NCBI GenBank assembly: GCA_041242255.1
Contig: JBESAV010000001.1
Span: 576,001-640,000, forward strand
Length of the DNA stretch: 64,000 nucleotides
Origin: Candidatus Altimarinota bacterium
Lineage (GTDB): Bacteria; Patescibacteriota; Gracilibacteria; UBA1369; GCA-2718715
Direction of reading: 5' to 3'
Numbering within the stretch: position 1 is the stretch's first letter; every line of letters begins with the position of its first letter. Position numbers and translations under genes: made by a program. The notes below the pieces were generated by a model. The model did no database searches. It saw nothing but the letters and a program-made list of their open reading frames with translations, and had not been told where the DNA came from. Below, in pieces: positions 18,816 through 29,321 of the stretch.

Positions 18816-19886
18816 TTATAAAGAGTAAGGCGAAAAGTTAAGTTCAACCTTAAACCTCTTAGATGCCTCAATTTTTCTTTTTTCCATGAAGTTAGTTTCA
18901 TCCCTTGATACGCCTGGCCAGCTTAGATAAAACTTATATTCATTATTCTCAGTAATATAATTAAATGAAACGTTATATAGGGCTCCATTATAGACATCAA
19001 TATCAGCTACATATATAGTGAAAGATTCACCATTTTCAGCAACTATTTGGAAAGTATCAACAACTCCTTCCATGTCACTTTTAGGATTAATAACAGTTAT
19101 TTCACCCCATGACTCAGGAATAGTAAGATCAAAGCCGTAGTCTGTATTTTCATAGGTGTCACCACCTTGAACTTGAGATGAAATAAACACGTTAATTTCA
19201 TACATCATTTTAGCAACTTCTTTACGTGTCATACTCTCAGCAGGGAGAAACTGTATCTGTTTAGAAGCACTTAAGTCATTCGAAACTGTTTGAGTATGTG
19301 TAGTTCCAACAAGTCTATTTTCAAACAAAGTTTTAGCGTAATCCGAATACCACTCATACCCAACCATATCAACTATCGTTTTATCATCAAAGTAAAGTGG
19401 TGCAGACTGATTCTCAATCATGTCACTATACATAAGAGTCTCCACAGCCACCTTCATAGCTTCAACTCTATTAACACATTGATTAGGTCTAAATGTTCCA
19501 TCACTATATCCTTCAACTATTCCTTGCTGTTCAGCAATTCCAACATACTCAGCAAACCAATCCGTTCCATTCACATCAGAGAAAGGAGATTGGTAATTAG
19601 ATAGCAAATAAGTTGAATCTTCATCAAACCTATACTCAACCATCATTTTAATGAGCTGAGCTCTAGTTATACATTCTTCAGGCTTCCATTCAGTGGGGTT
19701 ATACCCTTGAGTAATCCCATTTGAAAGTGTCCAAACTATCGCATTTCTATAATCAACTCCGTCCAAATCAGTATATTGAAAATAAGGCAACGGAGAAAGT
19801 GCACTTGCTCCTAATTGCAAAAACAAACTTAGCATCAATGCTAAAGAAATTCTTTTAATCATACAAAACTTTAAATTTACGGACAT
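18816..19886 (-). CDS. Secreted S-layer homology (SLH) domain protein
   Basis: Signal peptide; FSDV..TDWF, GIVEGYSDGTFRPNQCVNRVEA. Confidence 0.85.
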   Translation of the reverse strand: MSVNLKFCMIKRISLALMLSLFLQLGASALSPLPYFQYTDLDGVDYRNAIVWTLSNGITQGYNPTEWKPEECITRAQLIKMMVEYRFDEDSTYLLSNYQSPFSDVNGTDWFAEYVGIAEQQGIVEGYSDGTFRPNQCVNRVEAMKVAVETLMYSDMIENQSAPLYFDDKTIVDMVGYEWYSDYAKTLFENRLVGTTHTQTVSNDLSASKQIQFLPAESMTRKEVAKMMYEINVFISSQVQGGDTYENTDYGFDLTIPESWGEITVINPKSDMEGVVDTFQIVAENGESFTIYVADIDVYNGALYNVSFNYITENNEYKFYLSWPGVSRDETNFMEKRKIEASKRFKVELNFSPYSL

Positions 19887-19915
19887 TATAATATCCTAAT
19901 CTAAACTTTTGTAAA

Positions 19916-21061
19916 CTACCCCCACTTCGACCAAAAATCCTCCCTAAACTCCAAGAATCTATCCTCCATAATCGCCCTTCTCATCCTTTCAGTAAGATCA
20001 AACAAGAACCACAGATTATTCAAAGATAAAAGTCTCGCCCCAAGCATTTCATTCTCCTTCATCAGATGCCTAATATACCCTCGAGTAAATTTATCAATCC
20101 CAAGTACACTACATTTACTATTCAATGGAGTCTTATCATCCTGAAATTTTGCATTCATGATGTTATGTCGTCCATTCTCATCCCAAAAGCAACCATGCCT
20201 AGCCAAGCGAGTAGGAAGCACACAGTCAAACATATCTATTCCTCTATGCACATTCTCTACCAGATCCTCAGGAGACCCAACCCCCATCAAGTATCTAGGT
20301 TTATCCTCATCAATCTCTGGCACAACCACATCAACCATTCCATACATGTGCTCTTTCGACTCTCCAACACTCAAGCCACCAATAGCAACCATAAAAGTAT
20401 CCAGACTATTCATAAATCTAGCCGATTCTCTCCTAAGCTCAGGATAAACAACACCTTGCACAATCGGCACTAAAGTCTGCTTCAATACCTCTTCACCACC
20501 AAGTTCCTTAAAGTAATCCATCGCCTCCACAACCCATTTATGAGTCAGATTCATCGCTTTCCGAGCATACCTTTCTGTACTATCTCCAGGAGCACACTCA
20601 TCTAAAACCATCATAAAGTCCGACCCAAGATTCCTCTGAATATCAATTGTACTTTGCGGTGTGAATTTATGCTTAGATCCATCAATGTGAGAATAGAATT
20701 GAACCCCATCATCCATCAACTTCAATTTATTCATCCCTCCTTTTTTCGCATATTCCTTTAAAGAAAAAACCTGAAATCCACCAGAATCAGTCAAAATAGG
20801 CAAGTCCCATTGCATAAATTCATGCAAACCACCAAACTCTCGAACCAACTCCGACCCAGGCCTCAGATGCAAATGATAAGTGTTCCCAAGCAAAATCTGA
20901 CAACCAATATCTTTCAACTCTTTCGGATGCAAACCCTTCACTGTCGCTTTAGTCCCACAAGGCATAAAAACAGGAGTAGCTATTTCTCCACGAGGGGTGG
21001 AAACTACTCCTGCTCTTGCTTTCGAATCACTCGCTTGACCTTCTAATTTAAAATCAAACAA
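19916..21061 (-). CDS. tgt: tRNA-guanine transglycosylase
   Basis: TPVFMP, GNTYHL, LTDSGGFQVFSL, DMFDCVLPTR. Confidence 0.96.
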   Translation of the reverse strand: MFDFKLEGQASDSKARAGVVSTPRGEIATPVFMPCGTKATVKGLHPKELKDIGCQILLGNTYHLHLRPGSELVREFGGLHEFMQWDLPILTDSGGFQVFSLKEYAKKGGMNKLKLMDDGVQFYSHIDGSKHKFTPQSTIDIQRNLGSDFMMVLDECAPGDSTERYARKAMNLTHKWVVEAMDYFKELGGEEVLKQTLVPIVQGVVYPELRRESARFMNSLDTFMVAIGGLSVGESKEHMYGMVDVVVPEIDEDKPRYLMGVGSPEDLVENVHRGIDMFDCVLPTRLARHGCFWDENGRHNIMNAKFQDDKTPLNSKCSVLGIDKFTRGYIRHLMKENEMLGARLLSLNNLWFLFDLTERMRRAIMEDRFLEFREDFWSKWG

Positions 21062-21066
21062 ACCAA

Positions 21067-21336
21067 TTATTTAGAAGATTCTTCTTTCAGTGCTTTAGCT
21101 TTAGCCATTTTAGCTTGAAACTTCTCAACTCTACCAGCCGTATCGATAAGGTTTTGTTTACCAGTGTAGAAAGGATGACTATCGCTAGTTACATCAACTT
21201 TAATCACAAAGTACTCTTTACCATCAATTTCCATTTTCTCATCTGTTTTATGCGTAGAAGTAGACGTGAATTGTGCACCAGTTGATGCATCAACAAATAC
21301 AACATCGTAAACTTCTGGGTGAATTCCTGACTTCAT
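21067..21336 (-). CDS. rpmE: 50S ribosomal protein L31 (type B, Zn-free)
   Basis: [27 protein letters not shown]. Confidence 0.95.
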   Translation of the reverse strand: MKSGIHPEVYDVVFVDASTGAQFTSTSTHKTDEKMEIDGKEYFVIKVDVTSDSHPFYTGKQNLIDTAGRVEKFQAKMAKAKALKEESSK

Positions 21337-21410
21337 ATCAAGTATTATTAATTTACTAGTACAACATTTTTAGTACATTTCCCCTAAATATGCAAGTTTA
21401 AACCATAAGA

Positions 21411-21430
21411 AAAGCCCCCATCCGGGGGCT
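21411..21430 (-). terminator. Intrinsic terminator
   Basis: agccccc-atcc-gggggct hairpin with a T tract on the minus strand. Confidence 0.7.
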
Positions 21431-21449
21431 AGGTTATTCTAACTCTAGT

Positions 21450-21620
21450 TTACTTACTGCTGTACCTCCTTTCCTTACGACGACGTTTCGTCTTTGCATT
21501 ACGTGCCTTCTTGGCTGCTGCTTCTTTCAAAGCAGATTTAGAAGGCTTCCTCAGCTTATTAACACGTGGGTTCCTCCCACGTGGATGGTACTTAACGTAG
21601 AAAAAATTCCGGTTCTTCAC
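21450..21620 (-). CDS. 56-aa highly basic small protein
   Basis: GTG start after SD GGGAGG; MKNRNFFYVKYHPRGRNPRVNKLRKPSKSALKEAAAKKARNAKTKRRRKERRYSSK; has its own promoter and terminator. Confidence 0.6.
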   Translation of the reverse strand: MKNRNFFYVKYHPRGRNPRVNKLRKPSKSALKEAAAKKARNAKTKRRRKERRYSSK

Positions 21621-21849
21621 ACATCCTCCCGAGAGCTCAATGATACCTCCCCATGAGATATCAAGATATCCACAGTTTCCTGCAAACATTTCAATACCTC
21701 ATAGGTTTAGTAAGTAATACTAATAAGCAGAATATCTGATTTTTAATCCATCGAATTACCTGACACTTCCAAGGAAGATCAGAAAATATACAAAAAAGAA
21801 TAAATACCAGACAGATACTTATTAGTGATTTCAAAGATCAACTGCAAGC

Positions 21850-21877
21850 ATTATAATTGCACTCAGGCTCCTGTCAA
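21850..21877 (-). promoter_or_regulatory. sigma70 promoter
   Basis: TTGACA-N16-TATAAT. Confidence 0.65.
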
Positions 21878-21936
21878 ACCTAACAAAAAACCACCTATTG
21901 AATCATAGGTGGTTCATGGCTTTATATCTAAATTTA

Positions 21937-24498
21937 CTATTTAGCAGCTTTCTCTTTTTTCTCTTCCTCTTCAAACAAAGTCTCCATTTGCTTTTGAGTT
22001 TGTTCTTCCAGTTGTTCTTTATCAGGAAGCACTGACATTGAAGTTACTGCATCATCTTTATCTTTCATTCTCATCAAGTAAACACCCTTAGTCGACCTTC
22101 CTTGAGTAGGGATTTTCTCCGTACTCATTCTGATAGCCTGACCAAGTTTGGATAGAAGTAGTAAATCTGCTTTAGAACCTTCTTGTAAGATCATTGCCCC
22201 AACTATGTCACCAGTCTTTTTACTCAAGTTAGCAGTTTTTACTCCACTTCCACCTCTGTTTTGAGTTCTATAGTCACTCACCATAGACGATTTACCAAGT
22301 CCATTTTCCATAACAACAAACAGTTTTTCTCCTTCAACTCCCGATAGTACATCCATCTCTACTACTTTGTCGTCTTCTTTGATCCGGATACCTCTAACCC
22401 CTTGGGCAGTTCTACCCATTGGTCTTACATCATCTTGATCAAACCTGATGGATTTACCTTTTTTGGTAACAATCATAACTTCTTTACCTTCAGAAATTGG
22501 TTTAACCCATTTCAAATGATCTCCATCTTTCAGTTTGATTGCAATCAAACCAGATTTTCTTACATTTGAGAACTGTTCAAACTCAGTTTTCTTAACAGTT
22601 CCATGTTCAGTACACATCATCAAGAATGTATTTTCATAGTCATGATTTTTGTGAACTGTTAAAACTGAAGTAATGTATTCATCTCTTCCAAGCTCCAAAA
22701 GATTTACGATATTTGTACCTTTAGCAGTTCTTGATGCTTGAGGGATCTCAAACAATCTCAAAGAGAATACTTTCCCAAAGTTAGTAAAGAACAATACATG
22801 ATCATGATTATGTGCAAACTCAACCAGTTTCACCTGATCATCATCCTTCATAGAGAGTCCTGCCACACCTTTTCCACCTCTATTTTGGGCTTTGAAAGTG
22901 TTAAGTGGCATTCTTTTTATGTAGTTGTTCTCAGTCAAAGTAACAATCATTGGTTCATTTGGGACAGTATCAATTGCTTTGATCTTCCCAATTCCAGTAG
23001 GTACAACTTTAGTACGTCTTTCATCAGCATATTTTTCCAAAATCTCTTCAGTTTCTTCCTTGATTATAGTCATGATTCTTTCAGGTTTTGCCAAGATATC
23101 TTTCAAGTCAGCAATTGTAGCCATCAATTCAGCTAGTTCATCTTCAATTTTCTTTCTTTCAAGACCAGCAAGAGTTTGCAGCCTCATATCCAAGATAGCT
23201 TTGGCCTGAAGCTCAGAGAGCTTAAATTTCTCCATCAAAGCATCTTTGGCAATTTCTTTGGTTTCAGAAGCTCTAATCGTAGCAATCACCTCATCGATAT
23301 TATCTAGAGCTATCTTCAACCCTTCCAAGATATGCGCTCTAGCTTCGGCTTTGTTAAGCTCGTATCTAGTTCTTCTTTCCACAACCTCTTTTCTATGTTC
23401 AATGAAATAGTTAAGAACCTGCTTCAGGTTAAGAAGTCTAGGTTGAATCCCATCTACCAAGGCAATCATGTTCATGTTGAACCTAGTTTGCAATGGCGTC
23501 ATTTTAAATAAACTATTCAAAACTTTCTTCGGATAAGCATCTCTTTTCAACTCAATCACAACTCTTATCCCTTCACGATTGGATTCATCCCTAAGATCTG
23601 TAATATCAGTCACTTTCTTATCTCTAACCAACTGTGCAATCTTCTGCACCAAGCTAGCTTTATTCACTTGGTATGGAATCTCAGTCACAATTATCGCTGA
23701 TTTACCATGCCCAATTTCTTGAATCTCAGTTTTAGCTCTAACAGTGATCCCACCACGTCCAGTGGCATACATTTTCTTAATAGCTTCATTATCATAAATG
23801 ATCCCACCAGTAGGGAAGTCAGGTCCAGTCAAAAACTGCATTAAGTCATCAATAGATGCTTCTGGGTTCTCCATTAGATGAAGCATAGACTTACAAACCT
23901 CCCCAATATTATGAGGCGGAATAGACGTAGCCATAGCTACAGCAATCCCCATCACTCCATTCAATAGAAGCTGTGGTAAACGAGTTGGTAGAACTGTTGG
24001 TTCTTTTTGTTTACCATCGTAGTTTGGCTTAAAGTCAACAGTATCCTTATCAATATCAGAAAGCATAAGCTCGGCAATCGACTCCATTTTAGCTTCCGTA
24101 TAACGCATCGCAGCGGCATTATCTCCATCAATAGACCCAAAGTTACCTTGCCCATTTACGAGCATGTATCTCATAGAGAAATCCTGAGCCATACGAACCA
24201 TCGAGTCATACACAGCACTATCACCATGCGGATGGTACTTACCAAGTACTTCCCCGACCACGGTCGCAGACTTAGAAAAACTCGCAGAAGAAGTAAGACC
24301 AATATCCTTCATTGCATAAAGAATACGCCTATGAACCGGCTTAAGACCATCTCTTACATCAGGAAGTGCACGCGAAACGATCACACTCATGGCGTAATCC
24401 AAATACTTATCTTCCATTTGGTCAGAAATATTCTTAATTATGTCCCGAGTACGCTCTTCTGAATCAAAAAGATTCTCTTTATTGTTTTCGTCAGACAT
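21937..24498 (-). CDS. gyrA: DNA gyrase subunit A
   Basis: [32 protein letters not shown], GyrA box QNRGGKG. Confidence 0.98.
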   Translation of the reverse strand: MSDENNKENLFDSEERTRDIIKNISDQMEDKYLDYAMSVIVSRALPDVRDGLKPVHRRILYAMKDIGLTSSASFSKSATVVGEVLGKYHPHGDSAVYDSMVRMAQDFSMRYMLVNGQGNFGSIDGDNAAAMRYTEAKMESIAELMLSDIDKDTVDFKPNYDGKQKEPTVLPTRLPQLLLNGVMGIAVAMATSIPPHNIGEVCKSMLHLMENPEASIDDLMQFLTGPDFPTGGIIYDNEAIKKMYATGRGGITVRAKTEIQEIGHGKSAIIVTEIPYQVNKASLVQKIAQLVRDKKVTDITDLRDESNREGIRVVIELKRDAYPKKVLNSLFKMTPLQTRFNMNMIALVDGIQPRLLNLKQVLNYFIEHRKEVVERRTRYELNKAEARAHILEGLKIALDNIDEVIATIRASETKEIAKDALMEKFKLSELQAKAILDMRLQTLAGLERKKIEDELAELMATIADLKDILAKPERIMTIIKEETEEILEKYADERRTKVVPTGIGKIKAIDTVPNEPMIVTLTENNYIKRMPLNTFKAQNRGGKGVAGLSMKDDDQVKLVEFAHNHDHVLFFTNFGKVFSLRLFEIPQASRTAKGTNIVNLLELGRDEYITSVLTVHKNHDYENTFLMMCTEHGTVKKTEFEQFSNVRKSGLIAIKLKDGDHLKWVKPISEGKEVMIVTKKGKSIRFDQDDVRPMGRTAQGVRGIRIKEDDKVVEMDVLSGVEGEKLFVVMENGLGKSSMVSDYRTQNRGGSGVKTANLSKKTGDIVGAMILQEGSKADLLLLSKLGQAIRMSTEKIPTQGRSTKGVYLMRMKDKDDAVTSMSVLPDKEQLEEQTQKQMETLFEEEEKKEKAAK

Positions 24499-24607
24499 TC
24501 AAAAAGATTAATTATTGTCGCAGACAATTTTACCAGTCCCACATCCAATTTCCAAAAAAAAGCTCCCAACCACACCGGAAGCCTTTTACAAAGACAAGAA
24601 TTATAAC

Positions 24608-25237
24608 CTAATCATTACTCCAAAGTCTCCTAACAGAAACAATTAAATTATGGTCAATCATATCACTAATTCTTCCACCATTTAAATAAGGTGATCTTCT
24701 AAGGTACAACTCAAACAAGTTTGGATCATCAAAATTCTCCAGCAAAAATTCAGTTTTTTGAAAGAATCTACCATAAGCCCTGGTTTTAGTATCGATTTCT
24801 CCTATATATTCATCAACAACTTCATCTGCTTCTGCAATCACCATGTTGTAAATACTCATGTCATTACATAACCCCAGCTCATATCCCCAAAAATTCCTCA
24901 TATTTTCTCTATATAAATCATTACTCTTTACTCTACTAACACAAGCTTTTCTAAGTTTATTAATTATATGGTTTTCGCTTATTCCATTCGACCAAAACTC
25001 AGCAGACAAAGTGAACTCAGGGTCTTCTACCAGGTAGTAAAAATCAAAACAAAGAATTGCATCCATAAGATCCCTTTTAACTTCATCTTTAATATCCCAT
25101 ATCTTTCTTGCAGATTTAATATTTGCAGAAAAACTCAAAATATTTTCACGATGAGATCTAAGATCTTTACTTCTTTCTTCTTTAATTCTTTCAAATCTTT
25201 TTAACCTATTCATCTTATTTATTAAACAAGATATCAT
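24608..25237 (-). CDS. Hypothetical protein
   Basis: 209-aa ORF. Confidence 0.55.
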   Translation of the reverse strand: MISCLINKMNRLKRFERIKEERSKDLRSHRENILSFSANIKSARKIWDIKDEVKRDLMDAILCFDFYYLVEDPEFTLSAEFWSNGISENHIINKLRKACVSRVKSNDLYRENMRNFWGYELGLCNDMSIYNMVIAEADEVVDEYIGEIDTKTRAYGRFFQKTEFLLENFDDPNLFELYLRRSPYLNGGRISDMIDHNLIVSVRRLWSND

Positions 25238-25351
25238 TATCAGGTTTTAACTCCATATGTCAAGCTCTGTAAGTCTACAAGAAAACATCGACCACTAACT
25301 TCCAAAAATGTATTATTTCTGATATAATAATAAGAATAAATAAAGTCACAC

Positions 25352-27490
25352 ATGGAAGAGAAAAAAAACGAGCAACAATTCCAAGAATTCGTATCCGACA
25401 ATTTCCCAGACAAAAAACCAAATTCTGACTCCAAAAATGAATCCTTAGCTGCAAATCAGATTCAAAATTCCTCACTTAAAAAGCAATCAGAAGAAATAAA
25501 CAGAAACCTACAAGAAAAGAAAACAGTTGTAGATTTAAAAGTTGAAAATAAAAAGAGCCAAGCCCCAAAAACCAAAAAGTCTTTAGTAGACATAGTCCTC
25601 GGGCCACTTAGAGACAAGTACGCAAAAAAACACGGTAAAGTGCCAGCTTCTAAGGAAACGGAACCTACTCAAGATACTCCGAAAACGCCAGAGAATGCTG
25701 ACAAAAAGTATGATGAAATTCCATTGAAGCTATCCGATAAAGAAAAAGCTGAATTACGTGAAGCAGAAAAAATTTATCAACAGGGGATTACAAGTCTAAG
25801 AGATTTGATCGCACCTTCTAGCATGAAAGTTGAAGTTAACGATTTAAACATCTCAGGGAAATTCTCTAGAAGTTTTTATGTTTTTTCATATCCACGATTC
25901 ATCGATACAAACTGGTTATCACCAATTATCAATTTCGATGCCAGCATGGATATTTCACAATTTATATATCCAACTGACTCAGCACGGATCCTTAAAGTTT
26001 TAAGAACAAAAGTTGCTCAGATGCAATCAAGTATACGTATTAACGCCGAAAAAGGGTTAGTTTCAGATCCTAAACTAGAAACACAGCTAGCTGATGCTGA
26101 AAGACTTAGGCGCGATATCCAAAAAGGGATCGAAAAGTTTTTCCAATTTGGTTTATATGTAACTGTTTACGCTAACGATAAAGAGAAACTTGATAAGCTA
26201 GTTAAGCAAATGGAAAGTCTACTTGGAGGAAAACTAGTTCTATCTAAAAGAGCCAGTCTCAGAATGGAACAAGCTTTCAACTCAACTCTTCCTTTAGCCC
26301 TCGACGAACTCGAAGTAGCAACCAACATGAACACATCACCATTGAGTTCAACTTTCCCATTTACTTCGTCATCTCTTACAACCAACGAGGGGATTCTCTA
26401 CGGACTAAACCGACACAACGATTCACTTATAATATTTGATAGGTTTTCATTAGAAAATGCCAATTCAGTAGTATTCGCCAAGTCTGGTTCTGGTAAGTCA
26501 TATGCAGTAAAGTTAGAGATTCTTAGATACCTAATGCTCGGAACTGACGTAATAGTTATCGACCCAGAAAACGAATACGAAGCTCTATCACAAACAGTAG
26601 GAGGTAGTTACATGAAAGTATCTCTAAACTCAGATAGACGTATCAACCCGTTTGACCTTCCTAAACCACTCAAGGATGAAGTTCTTAAGCCTGGAGATCT
26701 GCTTAGATCAAGTATCATCAACCTTCACGGTCTTATGAAGCTTATGCTTGGAAGCATGACTCCACTAGAGGAGGGGATTATAGATAAAGCCCTCAACGAC
26801 ACTTACGCCCTAAAAGGAATCACTATGGACCTTGTAGATCCATCAGATAAAGAGATGCCTACCATGGAAGATTTCCAGAGAGTACTTGAAGGAATGCAAG
26901 GAGCCGACAGCCTTGTCCAAAGAGTTAAAAAATATACTGAAGGAACCTTCTCAGGAATCTTCAATAAACCAACGAACATCGATTTAGATTCTGGTTTAGT
27001 AGTCTTCTCGATTAGAGATCTAGAAGATGCGTTAAGACCAATCGCCATGCACATAATCCTTAACTACATTTGGAATAAAGTTCGAAGCGAACTTAAGCAA
27101 AGAATGCTTGTTGTAGATGAGGCTTGGACAATGATGCAACATGAAGACAGTGCCAAGTTTATGTTTGGACTAGTAAAAAGAGCCAGAAAATATTACCTAG
27201 GAGTCACAACTATTACCCAAGATGTAGAAGACTTCTTAAAGTCAAACTATGGTAAACCAATTATTACCAATTCATCTATGCAACTTCTACTCAAGCAGGC
27301 ACCAACCGCTGCAGAAGTTCTAACAGATGTATTCAATCTAACTGAAGGAGAAAAATACCTACTACTTAATTCAGCAGTAGGTCAGGGATTATTCTTTGCA
27401 GGTAATAAGCACGTAGCCATCCAAGTTATAGCTTCCTACAACGAGGACAAGATCATTACCACAAATCCTAAAGATCTTATCAAGAATTAA
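25352..27490 (+). CDS. VirB4-like (DUF87/TraE) ATPase
   Basis: FAKSGSGKS Walker A, IDPENEY, INPFD, VVDEAW, RARKY, ITQDVEDF. Confidence 0.9.
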   Translation: MEEKKNEQQFQEFVSDNFPDKKPNSDSKNESLAANQIQNSSLKKQSEEINRNLQEKKTVVDLKVENKKSQAPKTKKSLVDIVLGPLRDKYAKKHGKVPASKETEPTQDTPKTPENADKKYDEIPLKLSDKEKAELREAEKIYQQGITSLRDLIAPSSMKVEVNDLNISGKFSRSFYVFSYPRFIDTNWLSPIINFDASMDISQFIYPTDSARILKVLRTKVAQMQSSIRINAEKGLVSDPKLETQLADAERLRRDIQKGIEKFFQFGLYVTVYANDKEKLDKLVKQMESLLGGKLVLSKRASLRMEQAFNSTLPLALDELEVATNMNTSPLSSTFPFTSSSLTTNEGILYGLNRHNDSLIIFDRFSLENANSVVFAKSGSGKSYAVKLEILRYLMLGTDVIVIDPENEYEALSQTVGGSYMKVSLNSDRRINPFDLPKPLKDEVLKPGDLLRSSIINLHGLMKLMLGSMTPLEEGIIDKALNDTYALKGITMDLVDPSDKEMPTMEDFQRVLEGMQGADSLVQRVKKYTEGTFSGIFNKPTNIDLDSGLVVFSIRDLEDALRPIAMHIILNYIWNKVRSELKQRMLVVDEAWTMMQHEDSAKFMFGLVKRARKYYLGVTTITQDVEDFLKSNYGKPIITNSSMQLLLKQAPTAAEVLTDVFNLTEGEKYLLLNSAVGQGLFFAGNKHVAIQVIASYNEDKIITTNPKDLIKN

Positions 27491-29241
27491 TTTCTTACCT
27501 CAAATATAGCTTTATTTAACTGAGCATCATTCCCAGATGCAATATCTTCATCAGTGATCTCAACCTCAAAATCAGGTCTTATCCCAACTTTATCGATTGT
27601 TCTGAATCCTAAATCAGAAGGAACCATCCATTCTGCAACTGTAATTTTTAGAGATGACTTATCAGTATAATTCACTAATTCTTGTACAGTACCTTTCCCA
27701 AAACTCTTTTTTCCAACCACAACAGCATCTAAATGATAATCCAAAGTCCCAGTCAAAATCTCTGAAGCTGATGCACTTCCTTCATTTATAAGTATTCCCA
27801 TTGGAATCCCACTAACTTTAGCAGAGGAGTCAGTTCTCAAAGTCTGAGAAGATCTATTATTGTAGTTTACTTGAACTACATCAGCACTTGGTCCAACAAA
27901 CAAATCAGCCACATCAACAGCCTCATTCACGAAGCCACCTGGATTATTTCTAAGGTCTAAAATTATTCCATTCAGATCTTCAGTATCGATACTATCAAGC
28001 ACAGACTCAATGCTATTTGCTAAACCAGACCCAAAAGTATTAATTTTCAAAATCAATATGTTATCAAGCGTCTGTTCAGCCGTAACAAATTCAACTTTCA
28101 CCATTGCTCTTACAATATTAAAGTTCAATTCACGACCGTCTCTTAAAACAGTAATCTGAACAGAGGTTCCAGCCTCACCCTTAATCAAGCTGATAGCCTC
28201 ATCTAAATTCATACCTTCAAGACTTTGACCATCTACTCTCGTAATGATATCTCCAGACTTGATCCCAGCTTTTTCCGCAGGAGAATTTAAAATAGGGGAT
28301 ACAACAATCACTTGACCATTTTCAAAATGCAATGATGCCCCAATACCTTCATAACTATCACTCAGTGTATTCTCTAGAGCTCTAGCCTCAGTCGGTATTT
28401 GAAAAGTAGTGTATGGATCATCCAAAGCTTCAACTAGACCATCAATTGCACCATATAAAAGTTGATCTTTTTTCACATCATCCGCGTACAAAAAGTCACT
28501 ATTAGCTCTCAACCATACATCTTCAAGTATCTTGAATTGCTCTACTCTAGCTAAGCTTGAGTTAACATTTGAACCTTGCTCCACATTTATAACTACCTCC
28601 TTGTCTGCTCCAACAGCAGCATCTACTATCGCAAACCTATATACAAGTTTAGCAAAATCCCTTCTAGTAAAGAAACCAAAGGTGTCATATCTTCTATTCT
28701 CAGCCTCAATTATACCAAGCTTAAGCCCACGATCTACAAACGGAGCATAAACAGATTTATAGTAAATATTATCTATTTGAGACTCCAGATAAGAGCTATC
28801 AGTTAGAACTTTCTGAACTGGTACACCCTTGTATCTAAAGAAATATCTCAATGCATTCCAATTTTTAAGTTTAACTTCTTGATTCGACAAGATGTCACCA
28901 ACTTGATAATCAAACACACCTAAATCATACATCCGCTCAAAGTAAGGTTCATATTCAGGCCCAAGATCTTGCAGGTCTAGTTCTATTGAATTTGGCGTAT
29001 TGATATCATATCCATCTGCTCTCAAAAGCATTTCAAAGAGCTCACCCTTAGTCATAACTTTATCAGGCATAAACTCATCATTTCCAAAAAGCCCTAAACT
29101 CTCAACGTAGCTAATGGCTTCAAAATCCTTATCTAGATTATTTATATCACTATAAGCAGCTGCTGAAAGGCCCCCGATTGAAGATAAATACACTCCTACC
29201 ATTGCTGAAACTAATAATTTTCTTTTAAACATTCTTACCAA
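27487..29241 (-). CDS. S41 carboxy-terminal protease with PDZ and SLH-like N-terminus
   Basis: LDDPYT, GIGA, PDZ, LDLRNNPGG, SASASEI, SFGKGTVQ. Confidence 0.92.
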   Translation of the reverse strand: MVRMFKRKLLVSAMVGVYLSSIGGLSAAAYSDINNLDKDFEAISYVESLGLFGNDEFMPDKVMTKGELFEMLLRADGYDINTPNSIELDLQDLGPEYEPYFERMYDLGVFDYQVGDILSNQEVKLKNWNALRYFFRYKGVPVQKVLTDSSYLESQIDNIYYKSVYAPFVDRGLKLGIIEAENRRYDTFGFFTRRDFAKLVYRFAIVDAAVGADKEVVINVEQGSNVNSSLARVEQFKILEDVWLRANSDFLYADDVKKDQLLYGAIDGLVEALDDPYTTFQIPTEARALENTLSDSYEGIGASLHFENGQVIVVSPILNSPAEKAGIKSGDIITRVDGQSLEGMNLDEAISLIKGEAGTSVQITVLRDGRELNFNIVRAMVKVEFVTAEQTLDNILILKINTFGSGLANSIESVLDSIDTEDLNGIILDLRNNPGGFVNEAVDVADLFVGPSADVVQVNYNNRSSQTLRTDSSAKVSGIPMGILINEGSASASEILTGTLDYHLDAVVVGKKSFGKGTVQELVNYTDKSSLKITVAEWMVPSDLGFRTIDKVGIRPDFEVEITDEDIASGNDAQLNKAIFEVRN

Positions 29242-29321
29242 TTAAATCATGCCAATTATATAGCCAACTAATTGTAAAACCTAATCAATTATTGTATAAT
29301 GATAAGATTTAATATTATGCT

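Noticed and set aside
24180-24260. Quinolone-resistance substitution in GyrA
   Set aside because: The QRDR reads [10 protein letters not shown], retaining the Ser83- and Asp87-equivalent residues.
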